Source: Candidatus Saccharimonadota bacterium (GTDB lineage Bacteria; Patescibacteriota; Saccharimonadia; Saccharimonadales; AWTP1-31). From it: DNA of 64,000 nucleotides. The notes beneath the pieces are model-generated. The model made no database searches. It was not told the origin of the DNA and saw nothing but the letters and a program-made list of their open reading frames with translations. This document shows positions 18,727 through 29,101 of this stretch, one piece after another. The position numbers were made by a program, and so were the translations under genes. Positions within the stretch are counted from its first letter, which is position 1, and each line of letters begins with the position of its first letter. The stretch lies in NCBI GenBank assembly GCA_052034955.1, contig JBPOHZ010000015.1, forward strand, positions 26,998 to 90,997, read 5' to 3'.

Positions 18727-20862
18727 TTGTCTACAATCAACCCATACGGAAAAGACATAATTAAAGTAGAGACCGAACTTTGTGGTAAAACACTTAGCCT
18801 AGAAGTCGGACGAGTTGGCTTTAGAACTAGCGCTAGCGTCATCGTACGATACGGTGAAACTGTAATCCTAGGAACAGCCATGGTTGGCAGTAAGCCACTC
18901 GCAGGATTCGACTATTTCCCCCTAAGCATTGATTACGAAGAAAAAATGTATGCAGCTGGTAAAATCAGCGGCTCCAGGTTTATTAAAAGAGAGGGTCGCC
19001 CAAGTGAGGACGCCATTTTGATCGGACGTCTTATCGACCGTCCAATTCGACCACTGTGGCCAAAAGGTTACCGTCACGAAGTACAAGGTGTAGCAACTGT
19101 ACTAAGCATGGACCCAACCTTCCGCCCAGATATGGTAGCCATGATCGCCATGAGCACAGCCTTTATGATGACTGGTGCACCATACGAAGGTCCAATTGCT
19201 GGACTCCGTATTGGAATCAAGGATGATGAATTTGTAGCTTTTGCCGATGCCGATACCTATGATAACGGAGAATTAGACCTAGTAGTCGCCGGAACCAAAG
19301 ATGCCGTCATGATGGTAGAAGCTGGTGCCAACGAAGTTTCCGAAGAAAAGGTAGTAGAAGGAATCGCCTTTGCTCACAAAGCAATGCAGCCAGCTATTAA
19401 AGCTCAAGAAGACCTTATTAAACAGCTCAAAGTAGAAAAACTAGAATTCGAACTTAGTCTGCCAGACGAAGACATCCAAAAACGGGTTAACACTTGGGTA
19501 GAGGGCAAGCTAGGCGCAGGACTTCGCAGCCCTTACCCAGAGCGTAACGAAATGGTAAACAAGCTTCGACACGAAATGGAAGCTCACTTTAAAGAAGAAC
19601 TAGGCGAAGACGCCTACAAAGATCTCCGTCAGGAATATGACGATGCTCTTACTTCTGCAATTCATAAAGACGTTCGAAAAGGCATTATCGAAGAAGGCCT
19701 ACGACCAGACGGACGTAAAATGGACGAAATCCGACAACTCTCTTCGGAAGTAAGCTTATTACCAAGAGCTCATGGATCAAGCTTATTCACTCGTGGAATG
19801 ACTCAGGCGATGAACATTGTCACTCTAGCCCCACTTAGCTATGCTCAGATGATCGACACCATGGAGCGTGACACCGAAAAGCGCTACATGCACCACTACA
19901 ACGCTCCTGGTTACACTGTTGGTGAAATCAAGCGTCTTGGTTCACCTGGTCGCCGAGAAATCGGCCACAGCGCATTAGCTGAGCGAGCACTACTACCAGT
20001 TATCCCAGCAGAAGCTGACTTCCCATATACCATTCGTTCAGTAACAGAGATTATGAGTCAAAATGGTAGCACCAGCATGGCTGCAACTTGTTCTAGTACC
20101 TTGGCACTACTCGATGCTGGCGTTCCACTTATTCGTCCAGTTAGCGGAATTGCTATGGGCTTAATGTTAGACGGCGATAAGCCAGTTATTCTTTCCGACA
20201 TCGCAGACGCCGAAGACTTTGCTGGCGACATGGACTTTAAAGTTACTGGAACCACCAAAGGTATTACCGCTCTTCAAATGGACATGAAGGTCCATGGACT
20301 TCCAGTAGAGACTTTAGCCAAAGCTCTTGCCGAAGGTAAAATTGGTCGAGCAAAAATTCTTGACCACATGATGAGTGTTAAAAGCGAAGCTGGAAAGATG
20401 AGCCCATACGCTCCACGCGTCGAAGCAATAACCATCAATCCAGACAAGATTCGCGAAGTTATCGGAAAGGGCGGAGAAGTGATCCAAAAGATTACTGGCG
20501 AAACCGGTGCCGAAATCGACATCAAGGATGACGGAACCATTATGATCGCCAGCCCAGATGGCGACAGCATCGAAGCTGCCAAGAAGTGGATCATGGCGAT
20601 TGTGGCCGAACCAGAAGTAGGCAAGATCTACCAAGATGTTCCAGTCATGACCGTTATGGACTTTGGTGCATTCGTTCAGATCATGCCTGGTAAAGACGGG
20701 CTAGTTCATGTATCCGAAATGAGCGAAGAACGCGTCGAAAAGCCATCTGATGTAGTAAAAGAAGGCGATCGAGTAACAGTTAAACTTGTTGCCATCGACG
20801 ACCGTGGACGACTACAATTAAGCATGAAGGCTGCCGCCCGAGAGCTGAAAGACAAGAAATAA
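18727..20862 (+). CDS. pnp: polynucleotide phosphorylase
   Basis: TTG start after a GAGGAG Shine-Dalgarno. Two RNase PH domains, a KH domain (KIREVIGKGG) and a C-terminal S1 domain. Confidence 0.95.
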   Translation: MSTINPYGKDIIKVETELCGKTLSLEVGRVGFRTSASVIVRYGETVILGTAMVGSKPLAGFDYFPLSIDYEEKMYAAGKISGSRFIKREGRPSEDAILIGRLIDRPIRPLWPKGYRHEVQGVATVLSMDPTFRPDMVAMIAMSTAFMMTGAPYEGPIAGLRIGIKDDEFVAFADADTYDNGELDLVVAGTKDAVMMVEAGANEVSEEKVVEGIAFAHKAMQPAIKAQEDLIKQLKVEKLEFELSLPDEDIQKRVNTWVEGKLGAGLRSPYPERNEMVNKLRHEMEAHFKEELGEDAYKDLRQEYDDALTSAIHKDVRKGIIEEGLRPDGRKMDEIRQLSSEVSLLPRAHGSSLFTRGMTQAMNIVTLAPLSYAQMIDTMERDTEKRYMHHYNAPGYTVGEIKRLGSPGRREIGHSALAERALLPVIPAEADFPYTIRSVTEIMSQNGSTSMAATCSSTLALLDAGVPLIRPVSGIAMGLMLDGDKPVILSDIADAEDFAGDMDFKVTGTTKGITALQMDMKVHGLPVETLAKALAEGKIGRAKILDHMMSVKSEAGKMSPYAPRVEAITINPDKIREVIGKGGEVIQKITGETGAEIDIKDDGTIMIASPDGDSIEAAKKWIMAIVAEPEVGKIYQDVPVMTVMDFGAFVQIMPGKDGLVHVSEMSEERVEKPSDVVKEGDRVTVKLVAIDDRGRLQLSMKAAARELKDKK

Positions 20863-20868
20863 TAAGGA

Positions 20869-21135
20869 GTGGGAATGGCAAAAGCTAAAGTAAGTAAAAA
20901 AGCAGTAAATCAGGTATCTAAACATCAGTTGAGGGTAGCGCACATAATTATGTTAGTGCTTGGCTTTATGATTACTTGGTCTGGCTTTGACAGTATAAGA
21001 ACTGTAGTTGACTCGGGAATAAAATACTCCCCAGACTGGCAAGTTCCTGCCTATATGGTTTTATTTGGAGGCGCCATTATCGGCGTAGCTATAAATGGTT
21101 TGGCAACCCTAAAGAAGAACGATGGCAAAAAGTAA
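20869..21135 (+). CDS. small two-TM membrane protein, paralog 1 of 3
   Basis: Basic N-terminus, two hydrophobic helices, C-terminal GKK; overlaps the next gene. Confidence 0.5.
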   Translation: MGMAKAKVSKKAVNQVSKHQLRVAHIIMLVLGFMITWSGFDSIRTVVDSGIKYSPDWQVPAYMVLFGGAIIGVAINGLATLKKNDGKK

Positions 21136-21334
21136 CGCACCCGAGATACAACAGAGCATTCGTATAGCTAGGGTTGTTCTAGGCTTACTTATTATCCTGT
21201 TTCCGATCTCATTAGTTTACGCAATAATTAACCCCAATGTAGGCAATTTTGTATCGGTAGCAATTGACGGGCTTTTTATAGCTGGCGAAATATTAACGCT
21301 AAGGCATTTGGAGCGAGCTCATGGCAAAAAGTAA
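21122..21334 (+). CDS. small two-TM membrane protein, paralog 2 of 3
   Basis: Starts MAKSN inside the shared 14-nt junction ATGGCAAAAAGTAA; ends HGKK. Confidence 0.5.
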   Translation: MAKSNAPEIQQSIRIARVVLGLLIILFPISLVYAIINPNVGNFVSVAIDGLFIAGEILTLRHLERAHGKK

Positions 21335-21527
21335 ACAGCAACTAAAAGACATGCACGACAGCCGTAACGGCAAGCTAGCCTTTGGTGTTGTGGCTCTGAT
21401 TGCTGCTTGGTTAATGTTCCTACGAGCTACTCATACTGGTAGCCTGCAGCAATATGCCATGCTCATAGCCTTAACGGTATATGGCATTAACCGATTATTC
21501 AGAGCATTAATCCCAAAGAATGGATAA
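21321..21527 (+). CDS. small two-TM membrane protein, paralog 3 of 3
   Basis: Starts MAKSK from the identical 14-nt junction; two TM helices. Confidence 0.5.
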   Translation: MAKSKQQLKDMHDSRNGKLAFGVVALIAAWLMFLRATHTGSLQQYAMLIALTVYGINRLFRALIPKNG

Positions 21528-22098
21528 ACAGGCTCGGCTTGACCAGATCAAGGCAGATATCCTCGAGCAGAATATCTGTCCAGATTTGGCCAAGCAAGCC
21601 AATCAGCTGGTATTTGGTACCGGTAGCCCCGATGCAGAAGTCGTTTTTATCGGCGAAGCACCAGGCAAGAACGAAGATTTAAAAGGTGAACCTTTCGTGG
21701 GAGCTTCTGGCAAATTGCTGGACGAAATGCTGGCCAGTATCGGATTGAATCGTTCGCACATTTATATAACCAATATAGTAAAGTATCGCCCTCCGAAGAA
21801 TCGGGACCCATCCAATGAAGAGAAGGAGGCGTTCTTACCATTCTTGTACTCCCAGTTGGCAGCAATTAATCCTAAAGTCATAGTGACATTAGGTCGACAT
21901 AGTTCAAATTGCTTCCTACCGGGTTTACAAATAAGTGCCATTCATGGCCAAACCCAAACTGTAACAGTGAAACTGCAAAAAAAGTCGCTAAGCTGGAAGA
22001 TCTTGCCACTCTACCATCCGGCAGCTGCGCTTTATAACGGCAAACTTCGTCAAACATTGTTCGATGATTTCACTGCAATTACTAAGATTACAAAATAA
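21520..22098 (+). CDS. uracil-DNA glycosylase superfamily protein (family 4-like)
   Basis: Motif A GEAPGxxEDxxGxPFVGxSGxLL and motif B around HP...LYN. Confidence 0.75.
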   Translation: MDKQARLDQIKADILEQNICPDLAKQANQLVFGTGSPDAEVVFIGEAPGKNEDLKGEPFVGASGKLLDEMLASIGLNRSHIYITNIVKYRPPKNRDPSNEEKEAFLPFLYSQLAAINPKVIVTLGRHSSNCFLPGLQISAIHGQTQTVTVKLQKKSLSWKILPLYHPAAALYNGKLRQTLFDDFTAITKITK

Positions 22099-22124
22099 TA
22101 TCTAAATAATTAGAAAGAAGGATT

Positions 22125-24257
22125 ATGAATCCAGAAACAACAAAACCAACTGGACCAACCGGTCCAAAGAAACCGAGTAACCGACCAGCTAATCAAGGCG
22201 GTCGACCTCAAAACAATAAAAATCCTAAAGCCGGCTCTAAAGCCCCAGCTATGGGTGGCCGCGGTGGTGCCTCTAGGGGTGCCGCTATGCGAGCTCAAAA
22301 GCGCAACCAAGACGATGCCCACAAGGCCGTCAGCGCATATTTACCAACCAACGATGCACCAAAGCGCGCTAACGTTATTGCCGATGACTTCGATAAGCTC
22401 AAGATTACTTTCTTGGGTGGACAAGACGGTATTGGCGAAAAGAACATGCAAGTTGTCGAATGGCAAAATGATGCCATCATCCTAGACTGTGGTAACAATC
22501 TAGGCCTTGAGCTTCCAGGAGTTAACTACTCAATCGCCGACACAACTTACCTAGAAACCATTAAACACAAGATTCGCGGCTACGTTATTAGTCACGGACA
22601 CCTTGATCACCTTGGTGGACTTAAGCACATCGTTCCAAAGTTCCCAGCTCCAATTTACGGATCGCTCTTTACATTAGGTGTCGTAACCAAGACATTCGAA
22701 GACATTGCTGCCGATACAGGTCTGGAGTTCGAGCCAAAACTAATGGCTATGAACATGGACAACCATGAACGACTTAAGCTAGGCGCGTTTACCCTAGAAT
22801 TAGTCCGAGTAACTCACTCCGTTCCAGAATCTAGCTTAATCGTAGTAGATACTCCAGTTGGACGAATCATCAACACCGGTGACTTCCGTCTCGACCCAGA
22901 ACCACTCGACCAAATGCCAAGTGATGTTAAGCGTCTAAAAGAACTAGGTGACGAAGGTGTTCTACTGCTTATGAGCGAAAGCACCTATACTCAGGTTCCG
23001 GGACGTCAGCCAACCGAAAGTACTCTGCAGCAGAGTTTCCACGATGTTGTAGGCCAGGCCGAAGGTCGTGTCTTTGTGGCAATTTTCTCTAGTAACATGA
23101 ACCGTGTTCAGATGATCGTAAATGCAGCTGTAGCTGCCGGTCGTCGAGTAGCCCTAGATGGTCGAAGTATGATGAGCTACGCCGAAATTGCAGTCCGACA
23201 GGGAATTCTTAAGATCCCTAAGGGTACCGTGCTTGCGATGCGTGAAATGCCAAACATTCCACCAGAGCAGGTACTTGTTATCTGTACCGGTGGACAGGGT
23301 GAGCCAAACGCTGCCATGCAACGTATGGCCGAAGGTACTCACAAGCACATTAAGTTGCAGCCAAAAGATACCGTCATTGTTAGCTCCAACCCAATTCCGG
23401 GTAACGAGATTCGCTACCAGCAGATCGGTGACGACCTATCCAAATTAGGTGTTCATTTGTATCAGCACCCAAGTCACGAAGTAGATGGCTGTGGACCACT
23501 GCACGTTGGTGGACACGCTCGTCGCGAAGAGCACCGCGAGATGATCAACATGCTCAAGCCCAAGTTCTTTGCTCCTATTTATGCCGGTGCACGTAACCGT
23601 ACTTACCACATGGAGATGGCTATCGAAGAGGGTATTGCCCGCAAAGATATCATTATGGCTGGTAACGGCGAAACCGTATTACTGTCAGAAGACAAATGGG
23701 AAATGGGTCCTGAGGCTCCAAGTGGAAGCGTATTAGTTGACCAGTCTGGCTCAGTTGTAAGTGGAATCGTGGTCAAAGACCGTATTATGTTGAGCGAGGA
23801 AGGTCTTGTGGCCGTCATCTTGACCATCGACAAACGAACCGGTCAGTTAGCTACAAGTCCAGATATCATTAGCCGAGGCTTCATCTACATGAGAGACTCA
23901 GAAGAGTTAATGAACAACTTCCGTACCGAACTACGCCGAGCTGTTGCTCAGCGATTTAAGCGTGTCGACCTCGATCGCTTTAAGGCAGAATTACGTGATC
24001 ACATCACACATTTCTTGTATGAACACACGCAGCGAAGCCCAATTGTCATACCAGTAGTAAACGTTATTTCTGGAGGTAAGCAAGGCGAATCAAAGGGTGG
24101 CAAGCCAAATGGTCCGGCCCAAGCCTCTAATGGTCAACACCCACTAGAAGCCGCTGCACCAGAACCAGTAACTCCAGAAGAGCAGGCTGCCGACATGCAG
24201 AAGCGTTTCCAAGAAATGCGCGAAAAACTCCTTGGCCACGACTCCTTGGCTGAGTAA
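22125..24257 (+). CDS. rnj: ribonuclease J with an approximately 80-aa basic Gly/Arg-rich N-terminal extension
   Basis: Metallo-beta-lactamase HGHLDHLGG, a beta-CASP domain, and an RNase J C-terminal domain. Confidence 0.9.
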   Translation: MNPETTKPTGPTGPKKPSNRPANQGGRPQNNKNPKAGSKAPAMGGRGGASRGAAMRAQKRNQDDAHKAVSAYLPTNDAPKRANVIADDFDKLKITFLGGQDGIGEKNMQVVEWQNDAIILDCGNNLGLELPGVNYSIADTTYLETIKHKIRGYVISHGHLDHLGGLKHIVPKFPAPIYGSLFTLGVVTKTFEDIAADTGLEFEPKLMAMNMDNHERLKLGAFTLELVRVTHSVPESSLIVVDTPVGRIINTGDFRLDPEPLDQMPSDVKRLKELGDEGVLLLMSESTYTQVPGRQPTESTLQQSFHDVVGQAEGRVFVAIFSSNMNRVQMIVNAAVAAGRRVALDGRSMMSYAEIAVRQGILKIPKGTVLAMREMPNIPPEQVLVICTGGQGEPNAAMQRMAEGTHKHIKLQPKDTVIVSSNPIPGNEIRYQQIGDDLSKLGVHLYQHPSHEVDGCGPLHVGGHARREEHREMINMLKPKFFAPIYAGARNRTYHMEMAIEEGIARKDIIMAGNGETVLLSEDKWEMGPEAPSGSVLVDQSGSVVSGIVVKDRIMLSEEGLVAVILTIDKRTGQLATSPDIISRGFIYMRDSEELMNNFRTELRRAVAQRFKRVDLDRFKAELRDHITHFLYEHTQRSPIVIPVVNVISGGKQGESKGGKPNGPAQASNGQHPLEAAAPEPVTPEEQAADMQKRFQEMREKLLGHDSLAE

Positions 24258-24275
24258 GTCTGGTATCATTGCTCC

Positions 24276-24818
24276 ATGAGTCACTCACCCGATCAAGACC
24301 CGGCCGTGTCTGAAGACGGACATGAAATTCGGCCTACCATAGATGAAGTCTATACATTAAATGAATCCATTTCTGATCTTGCACGCACAGAGGTAGAGAA
24401 TGGCAATGGTCGCGATACCCGAACTGTTAGTAACGAGCAAGGTGAAGTGTTTACAATAAATACACCAATATTCAAGGAGCCGGCTGGAGACAGCGGAATT
24501 ACAACCTTGAGGGCAGCTATATATAGTTTTGCACCGCAAATAATGCATACCAGTACGGGGCGTTTGGTCCGAGAGCGTTTGGAGTGGACGATCATTGTTC
24601 CAGACAAAGATCTGCTAGGGATCGTTGATGATCCCGATTACTCCCTGGCCATAGTCCGAAAACTGGTACCTGTTAATTCACAAGGACTTCCTGATCCAAG
24701 GCCAGGCCATAAAGAGTTTGTTGATCAGAACACTCAATTGGTAAACTGGCCTGATCGAAGGATCTTTGAAACTATCAAGCGTGCATACGACCACTTGGCT
24801 ACAACAAGTCCACAATAA
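24276..24818 (+). CDS. hypothetical protein
   Basis: ORF only. Confidence 0.4.
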   Translation: MSHSPDQDPAVSEDGHEIRPTIDEVYTLNESISDLARTEVENGNGRDTRTVSNEQGEVFTINTPIFKEPAGDSGITTLRAAIYSFAPQIMHTSTGRLVRERLEWTIIVPDKDLLGIVDDPDYSLAIVRKLVPVNSQGLPDPRPGHKEFVDQNTQLVNWPDRRIFETIKRAYDHLATTSPQ

Positions 24819-24825
24819 CTAAGAT

Positions 24826-24854
24826 ATTGACTAATGTTGTATTTTTTGCTATAG
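24826..24854 (+). promoter_or_regulatory. sigma70-like promoter TTGACT-N17-TATAGT upstream of ftsK
   Basis: Hexamers seen directly; a second TGGTATAAT extended -10 sits at 24881-24889. Confidence 0.45.
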
Positions 24855-24900
24855 TATATTTATTGCATAAGCAGTAACACTGGTATAATAAACAAACATT

Positions 24901-27087
24901 ATGGCTAAAAAGAAAAAACAAACACGAAGTCGCAAAAAAGTAGAGGTAGTGGAACGATCGCCGTTTTGGCCAATGGCCGGGGCAATCGTCATGATGTTGG
25001 CTGCTATTTTTGTGCTCATTGGAGGATTTAACACTGGTGGACCGCTACCCGTTGGGCTATTTGATGGCGCAGCCTGGACCCTTGGTTGGGGTGCTTGGCT
25101 TGTGCCAGTAGCATTAGTTTACTTTGGAGTGGTTAAGTTTAATTCCGAGGATCACCAGATCCCCCTCGGCAACTTTGTTAGTATGCTCGCCGGTTTAACA
25201 CTTAGTGCCAGCTGGCTTCATGTTATTTCGGTAGAAACTAATGACTTAGGCGAAGTCACTAGTCGCGGTGGGGCAGTCGGCAAACTTGTTGGCGGATCGG
25301 TTCTTAACGCCATCGACACTATTCCGGCTAGTTTAATGTTCTTTTTGTTCTCCATTCTAGCTTTCTTCTTTGCCTTTGGTATTTCTCCAAAAGTTCTTTT
25401 GAGCCTTATCGATATGATGCGACCCGCTAAAAGCGACGACACCGATCTGGGTGAACTTAAGGCACGTGCGGGCGAAGGATTCAAGATGAACGAAGGAGTT
25501 CCGGTAGAGCATCACCGTGGTCAATCAACCCGACTTAGCGGCCTTAAGAATACTGCCCAAAAACTTACTCCTGTTGAGGAACACAGCGCCCTAACCGTAG
25601 CCAGCGATCCAAACTGGAAATTACCGAGTACTAGCTTACTTAGTCATAAACAGGACAAAGCCGACGCCGGCGACGTAGAGGGCAATGCCCGAGCTATTCA
25701 GGAAACCTTTGATAACTTTAGTATTAGTGTCGAGATGGAAGGGGCCAATATTGGCCCGAGTGTTACGCAGTACACTCTAAAACCACCATCCGGCACAAAG
25801 CTGACTAAAATTACGGCACTCGAGAACAATATCGCTCTTGATCTTGCGGCTACTAGTATTCGTATTGAAGCTCCAATTCCTGGTAAAAAACTAGTAGGTA
25901 TCGAGGTGCCAAATGTAAAGCCGGCTACTGTTCGAATGAGCGGTATGCTGGAATCAAAAGAATGGATGGAGCATGAAGGCAGTCCATTGGCATTTGCTAT
26001 AGGGCGTGATATTGCCGGCAAACCAATTATTAACGACTTAGCCAAGATGCCTCACTTACTGGTGGCTGGACAAACCGGCTCCGGTAAATCGGTCATGATT
26101 AACACTATTCTAACCAGCATGCTGTATCGTAACAGCCCGGCCGATCTTAAGCTGATCCTAGTTGATCCTAAGCAAGTAGAACTTAAGCCATACGAAGATA
26201 TTCCACATCTGTTAACACCAGTTATTACTGAGCCAGAGAAGTGTATTAGCGCTCTCAAATGGACAGTCGCCGAAATGGAGCGACGCTACACCGCACTGAG
26301 CGAAATTCGAGTACGAAACATTGTCGAGTACAACAACAAAAAGCAAGAGGAGGGTATGCCCTACATCGTAGTAGTCATCGACGAGTTGGCCGACCTTATG
26401 ATGATGGCCGCTCGCGATGTCGAAGCCTTGATTGTCCGTATCGCACAAAAAGCTCGAGCCGTTGGTATTCACTTAGTACTTGCTACACAGAGGCCATCGG
26501 TGGATGTAATCACCGGTCTGATCAAGGCTAACGTGCCGGCTCGTATTGCCTTCACGACGGCCAGCCAGATTGACTCGCGAACCATTATCGACCAAATAGG
26601 TGCCGAGAAACTTCTAGGTAAAGGTGATATGTTGCTTTCGACTGCTAGCATGCCGAAGCCTATGCGTATCCAGGGTGCATTCATTGACGACGACGAAACC
26701 AATAAGGTTACCGACTTTATCCGTGAGCAACGCCCTCCACAATACGATGACGAAGTGGTTAGCATGCCAGTTCAGCTCAACGGTAAGGGCGGAATTGTGG
26801 CAGACGTAGATGCCGCAGATGAGCCAGTTTTCCGCCAGGCCGTAGAAGCTGTCATTCAGGCTGGAAAAGCCAGCACAAGCCTTTTACAGCGCCGATTGCG
26901 TATTGGTTATGGTAAGGCCGCTCGTATGATCGAATCTATGGAAGAACAGGGAATCGTTGGCCCGGCAGATGGCTCTAGACCCCGCGAAGTACTAGTCAGC
27001 AGCGTCGAGGAAGTATTTGGCGGTGGGGCAGCCGTGGCTGCAGAACCTGATGTCTACGACGACATGCCCGACAACAAGGTTGAGTAA
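24901..27087 (+). CDS. ftsK: DNA translocase FtsK/SpoIIIE
   Basis: N-terminal TM helices, a linker, Walker A GQTGSGKSV in the motor domain, and a C-terminal winged-helix gamma domain. Confidence 0.9.
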   Translation: MAKKKKQTRSRKKVEVVERSPFWPMAGAIVMMLAAIFVLIGGFNTGGPLPVGLFDGAAWTLGWGAWLVPVALVYFGVVKFNSEDHQIPLGNFVSMLAGLTLSASWLHVISVETNDLGEVTSRGGAVGKLVGGSVLNAIDTIPASLMFFLFSILAFFFAFGISPKVLLSLIDMMRPAKSDDTDLGELKARAGEGFKMNEGVPVEHHRGQSTRLSGLKNTAQKLTPVEEHSALTVASDPNWKLPSTSLLSHKQDKADAGDVEGNARAIQETFDNFSISVEMEGANIGPSVTQYTLKPPSGTKLTKITALENNIALDLAATSIRIEAPIPGKKLVGIEVPNVKPATVRMSGMLESKEWMEHEGSPLAFAIGRDIAGKPIINDLAKMPHLLVAGQTGSGKSVMINTILTSMLYRNSPADLKLILVDPKQVELKPYEDIPHLLTPVITEPEKCISALKWTVAEMERRYTALSEIRVRNIVEYNNKKQEEGMPYIVVVIDELADLMMMAARDVEALIVRIAQKARAVGIHLVLATQRPSVDVITGLIKANVPARIAFTTASQIDSRTIIDQIGAEKLLGKGDMLLSTASMPKPMRIQGAFIDDDETNKVTDFIREQRPPQYDDEVVSMPVQLNGKGGIVADVDAADEPVFRQAVEAVIQAGKASTSLLQRRLRIGYGKAARMIESMEEQGIVGPADGSRPREVLVSSVEEVFGGGAAVAAEPDVYDDMPDNKVE

Positions 27088-27165
27088 CATTGATTAATTA
27101 TCAATTTTATAGTATAATCTGCACATCTTAAAGTAATTGACAGGTGGGCAGGAGAGCAGAGTATT

Positions 27166-27729
27166 ATGGTTGAACGTTTACGACGTGGGGCAGTTCCGTT
27201 ATTGATGGTGGCGGCACTTGCCGGAACAACAGCATGCAAAGATGCTACTGAAGCTGTAAGGCCATCCGAGACAACTATAACCAGTCCAGAAACTACCCAG
27301 CCGGATAGCATAGAGTTTTATAAAGGCTTATTGATCGATCAAATGCAGAATCTTGCCTGGACTGAATTCCATACCATGACAGGGGACCCGAATGTCGAGA
27401 AGACCTTTACTGAGCCTCAAGCTGGAGATCCAACCTATTCAGTAACGACTTTTCGCAAAGATACTGGCGAATATGTATCATGGTCAGTACAGCTAAAAGA
27501 GGGCGATAGCATCGAGGGTCGTGACTTCAGCGATGCATCAGGCATATCGCTTAGCCATTTCACCCCCACTGGCGAAACTACAGATAGACTTTATCTAGAG
27601 CGTACAGCAGACGGAGAACAATTCTTTATTGGCGATACCAAAATGGGCGCTTTTGATTCTCGTGATGGCGGACTGGCTGCAGCAATGGTTGTCCTGAAAG
27701 GTGCCAGCGACTTTCAAAGCGGCAACTAG
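27166..27729 (+). CDS. hypothetical lipoprotein
   Basis: Signal peptide with lipobox LAGTTAC. Confidence 0.5.
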   Translation: MVERLRRGAVPLLMVAALAGTTACKDATEAVRPSETTITSPETTQPDSIEFYKGLLIDQMQNLAWTEFHTMTGDPNVEKTFTEPQAGDPTYSVTTFRKDTGEYVSWSVQLKEGDSIEGRDFSDASGISLSHFTPTGETTDRLYLERTADGEQFFIGDTKMGAFDSRDGGLAAAMVVLKGASDFQSGN

Positions 27730-27849
27730 GTAGATACGGACGCTACACCCTTGTATAAACAATCGTTATAGGCTATAATTACCTCTGTTATATTAACTTC
27801 GGCTCGTGTCCCCTAGTGAACGCGGGCTTTAACCAGAGGAAGGAATCAA

Positions 27850-28242
27850 ATGAATCAGTATGAACTTGCTGTTGTTTATCACCCAGATCTAGAAGTAGAC
27901 CTGAGCAAAGCAGAGGCTAAAGTCCAGAAGATCGTCACCGACAATGGTGGTAGCGTTACTGCAACCGACAACTGGGGCAAGCGTAAACTAGCTTATCCTA
28001 TTGCCAAGCAGGAGCATGGTATTTACGTGTTTTATACACTGGAAATGCCTGGAGCTGGCGTTGCTAAGCTAGAATCTACGCTTAACATCACCGACGAAGT
28101 TATTCGTTTCTTGATTACACGTCCAGACCTTAAGGCTATTGCGAAAGCAGAAGCTACCAAGGCCGAGAAAGCCGAAAAGGCTGCTGCGCGTGGCGATCGA
28201 GCTGACGACGATGACGAAAAAGACGACGAAGACGACAAATAG
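27850..28242 (+). CDS. rpsF: 30S ribosomal protein S6 with acidic tail
   Basis: MNQYELAVVYHPDLE is the S6 N-terminus. Confidence 0.9.
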   Translation: MNQYELAVVYHPDLEVDLSKAEAKVQKIVTDNGGSVTATDNWGKRKLAYPIAKQEHGIYVFYTLEMPGAGVAKLESTLNITDEVIRFLITRPDLKAIAKAEATKAEKAEKAAARGDRADDDDEKDDEDDK

Positions 28243-28342
28243 TCGTATTTAAAATACTGTTGCTTGACTGGCATGGCCAGCGGCAGTAGGCTAAGAATAC
28301 AAATAAGTTAAAGGACATAGATCCTACAAGGAGGGCGCCACA

Positions 28343-28819
28343 ATGGCACGATCATTTAACCAAGTAATCTTAATGGGAAACCTAACCAGGGATCCCGAGC
28401 TCAAGCAGATACCTAGCGGACAAAGTGTTTGTACCTTTAGCCTAGCGTTAAACCGAAGCTTCAAGGGTGCAGACGGCGAGTGGCAGGAAGCAACCGATTA
28501 CATCGATGTTGTTGCCTGGGGGCCGCTTGGCGAGCGAGTAGCTCAGTATGTAACCAAAGGTCGACCAGTATTGGTCAACGGACGCTTGCAGAGCCGCTCT
28601 TGGGAACAAGATGGCGTTAAGCGCAGCAAAGTAGAGGTAAACGCCCAAGACGTTACCTTCCTGGGTGGACGTGGCGAAGGTGCAGAAGGCGGCCAAGGTG
28701 GTGGCGATTACGCTCCAGCTCAAAGCTCTGCTCCAAAGAAATCAACCAAGAAAACAGATGAACCAGTCGTGGAAGATCTCGGCGAAGAGCCAATCAACCT
28801 CGACGACATCCCATTCTAA
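28343..28819 (+). CDS. ssb: single-stranded DNA-binding protein
   Basis: OB fold (ILMGNLTRDPEL), a Gly-rich linker, and the C-terminal acidic tip DDIPF. Confidence 0.9.
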   Translation: MARSFNQVILMGNLTRDPELKQIPSGQSVCTFSLALNRSFKGADGEWQEATDYIDVVAWGPLGERVAQYVTKGRPVLVNGRLQSRSWEQDGVKRSKVEVNAQDVTFLGGRGEGAEGGQGGGDYAPAQSSAPKKSTKKTDEPVVEDLGEEPINLDDIPF

Positions 28820-28822
28820 GGA

Positions 28823-29101
28823 GTGAATATGGCAGGAGTAGAGAACGAACCAGTATGGTTGTCGGGCATGAGCTTACCGCAGAGAGTTAAGGGCTTAATG
28901 GCACTGGACTCAAAAGGTATAAGTCCTGAAAGTGCTACAACGCAGCTTACAAAGACAGAAGAAGATGGAACAACATTAACTATCCCAGTGCGAAGGATTC
29001 CACTTATTGATATTGGATATCCAACTCAGGATGCGGCAGATGATGCGATACTGAGAGCTATGGGATATGAACCAGGAGATAACAATGGCAAAGATATTTA
29101 A
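28823..29101 (+). CDS. hypothetical protein
   Basis: ORF with an AAGGAG Shine-Dalgarno 4 nt after the ssb stop. Confidence 0.4.
   Translation: MNMAGVENEPVWLSGMSLPQRVKGLMALDSKGISPESATTQLTKTEEDGTTLTIPVRRIPLIDIGYPTQDAADDAILRAMGYEPGDNNGKDI

Noticed and set aside
20058-20634. Several 66-116-aa minus-strand ORFs inside pnp, and similar ORFs inside polA, rnj, ftsK and pilB
   Set aside because: They are fully embedded antisense in well-supported conserved genes and their translations are low-complexity. Treated as spurious.
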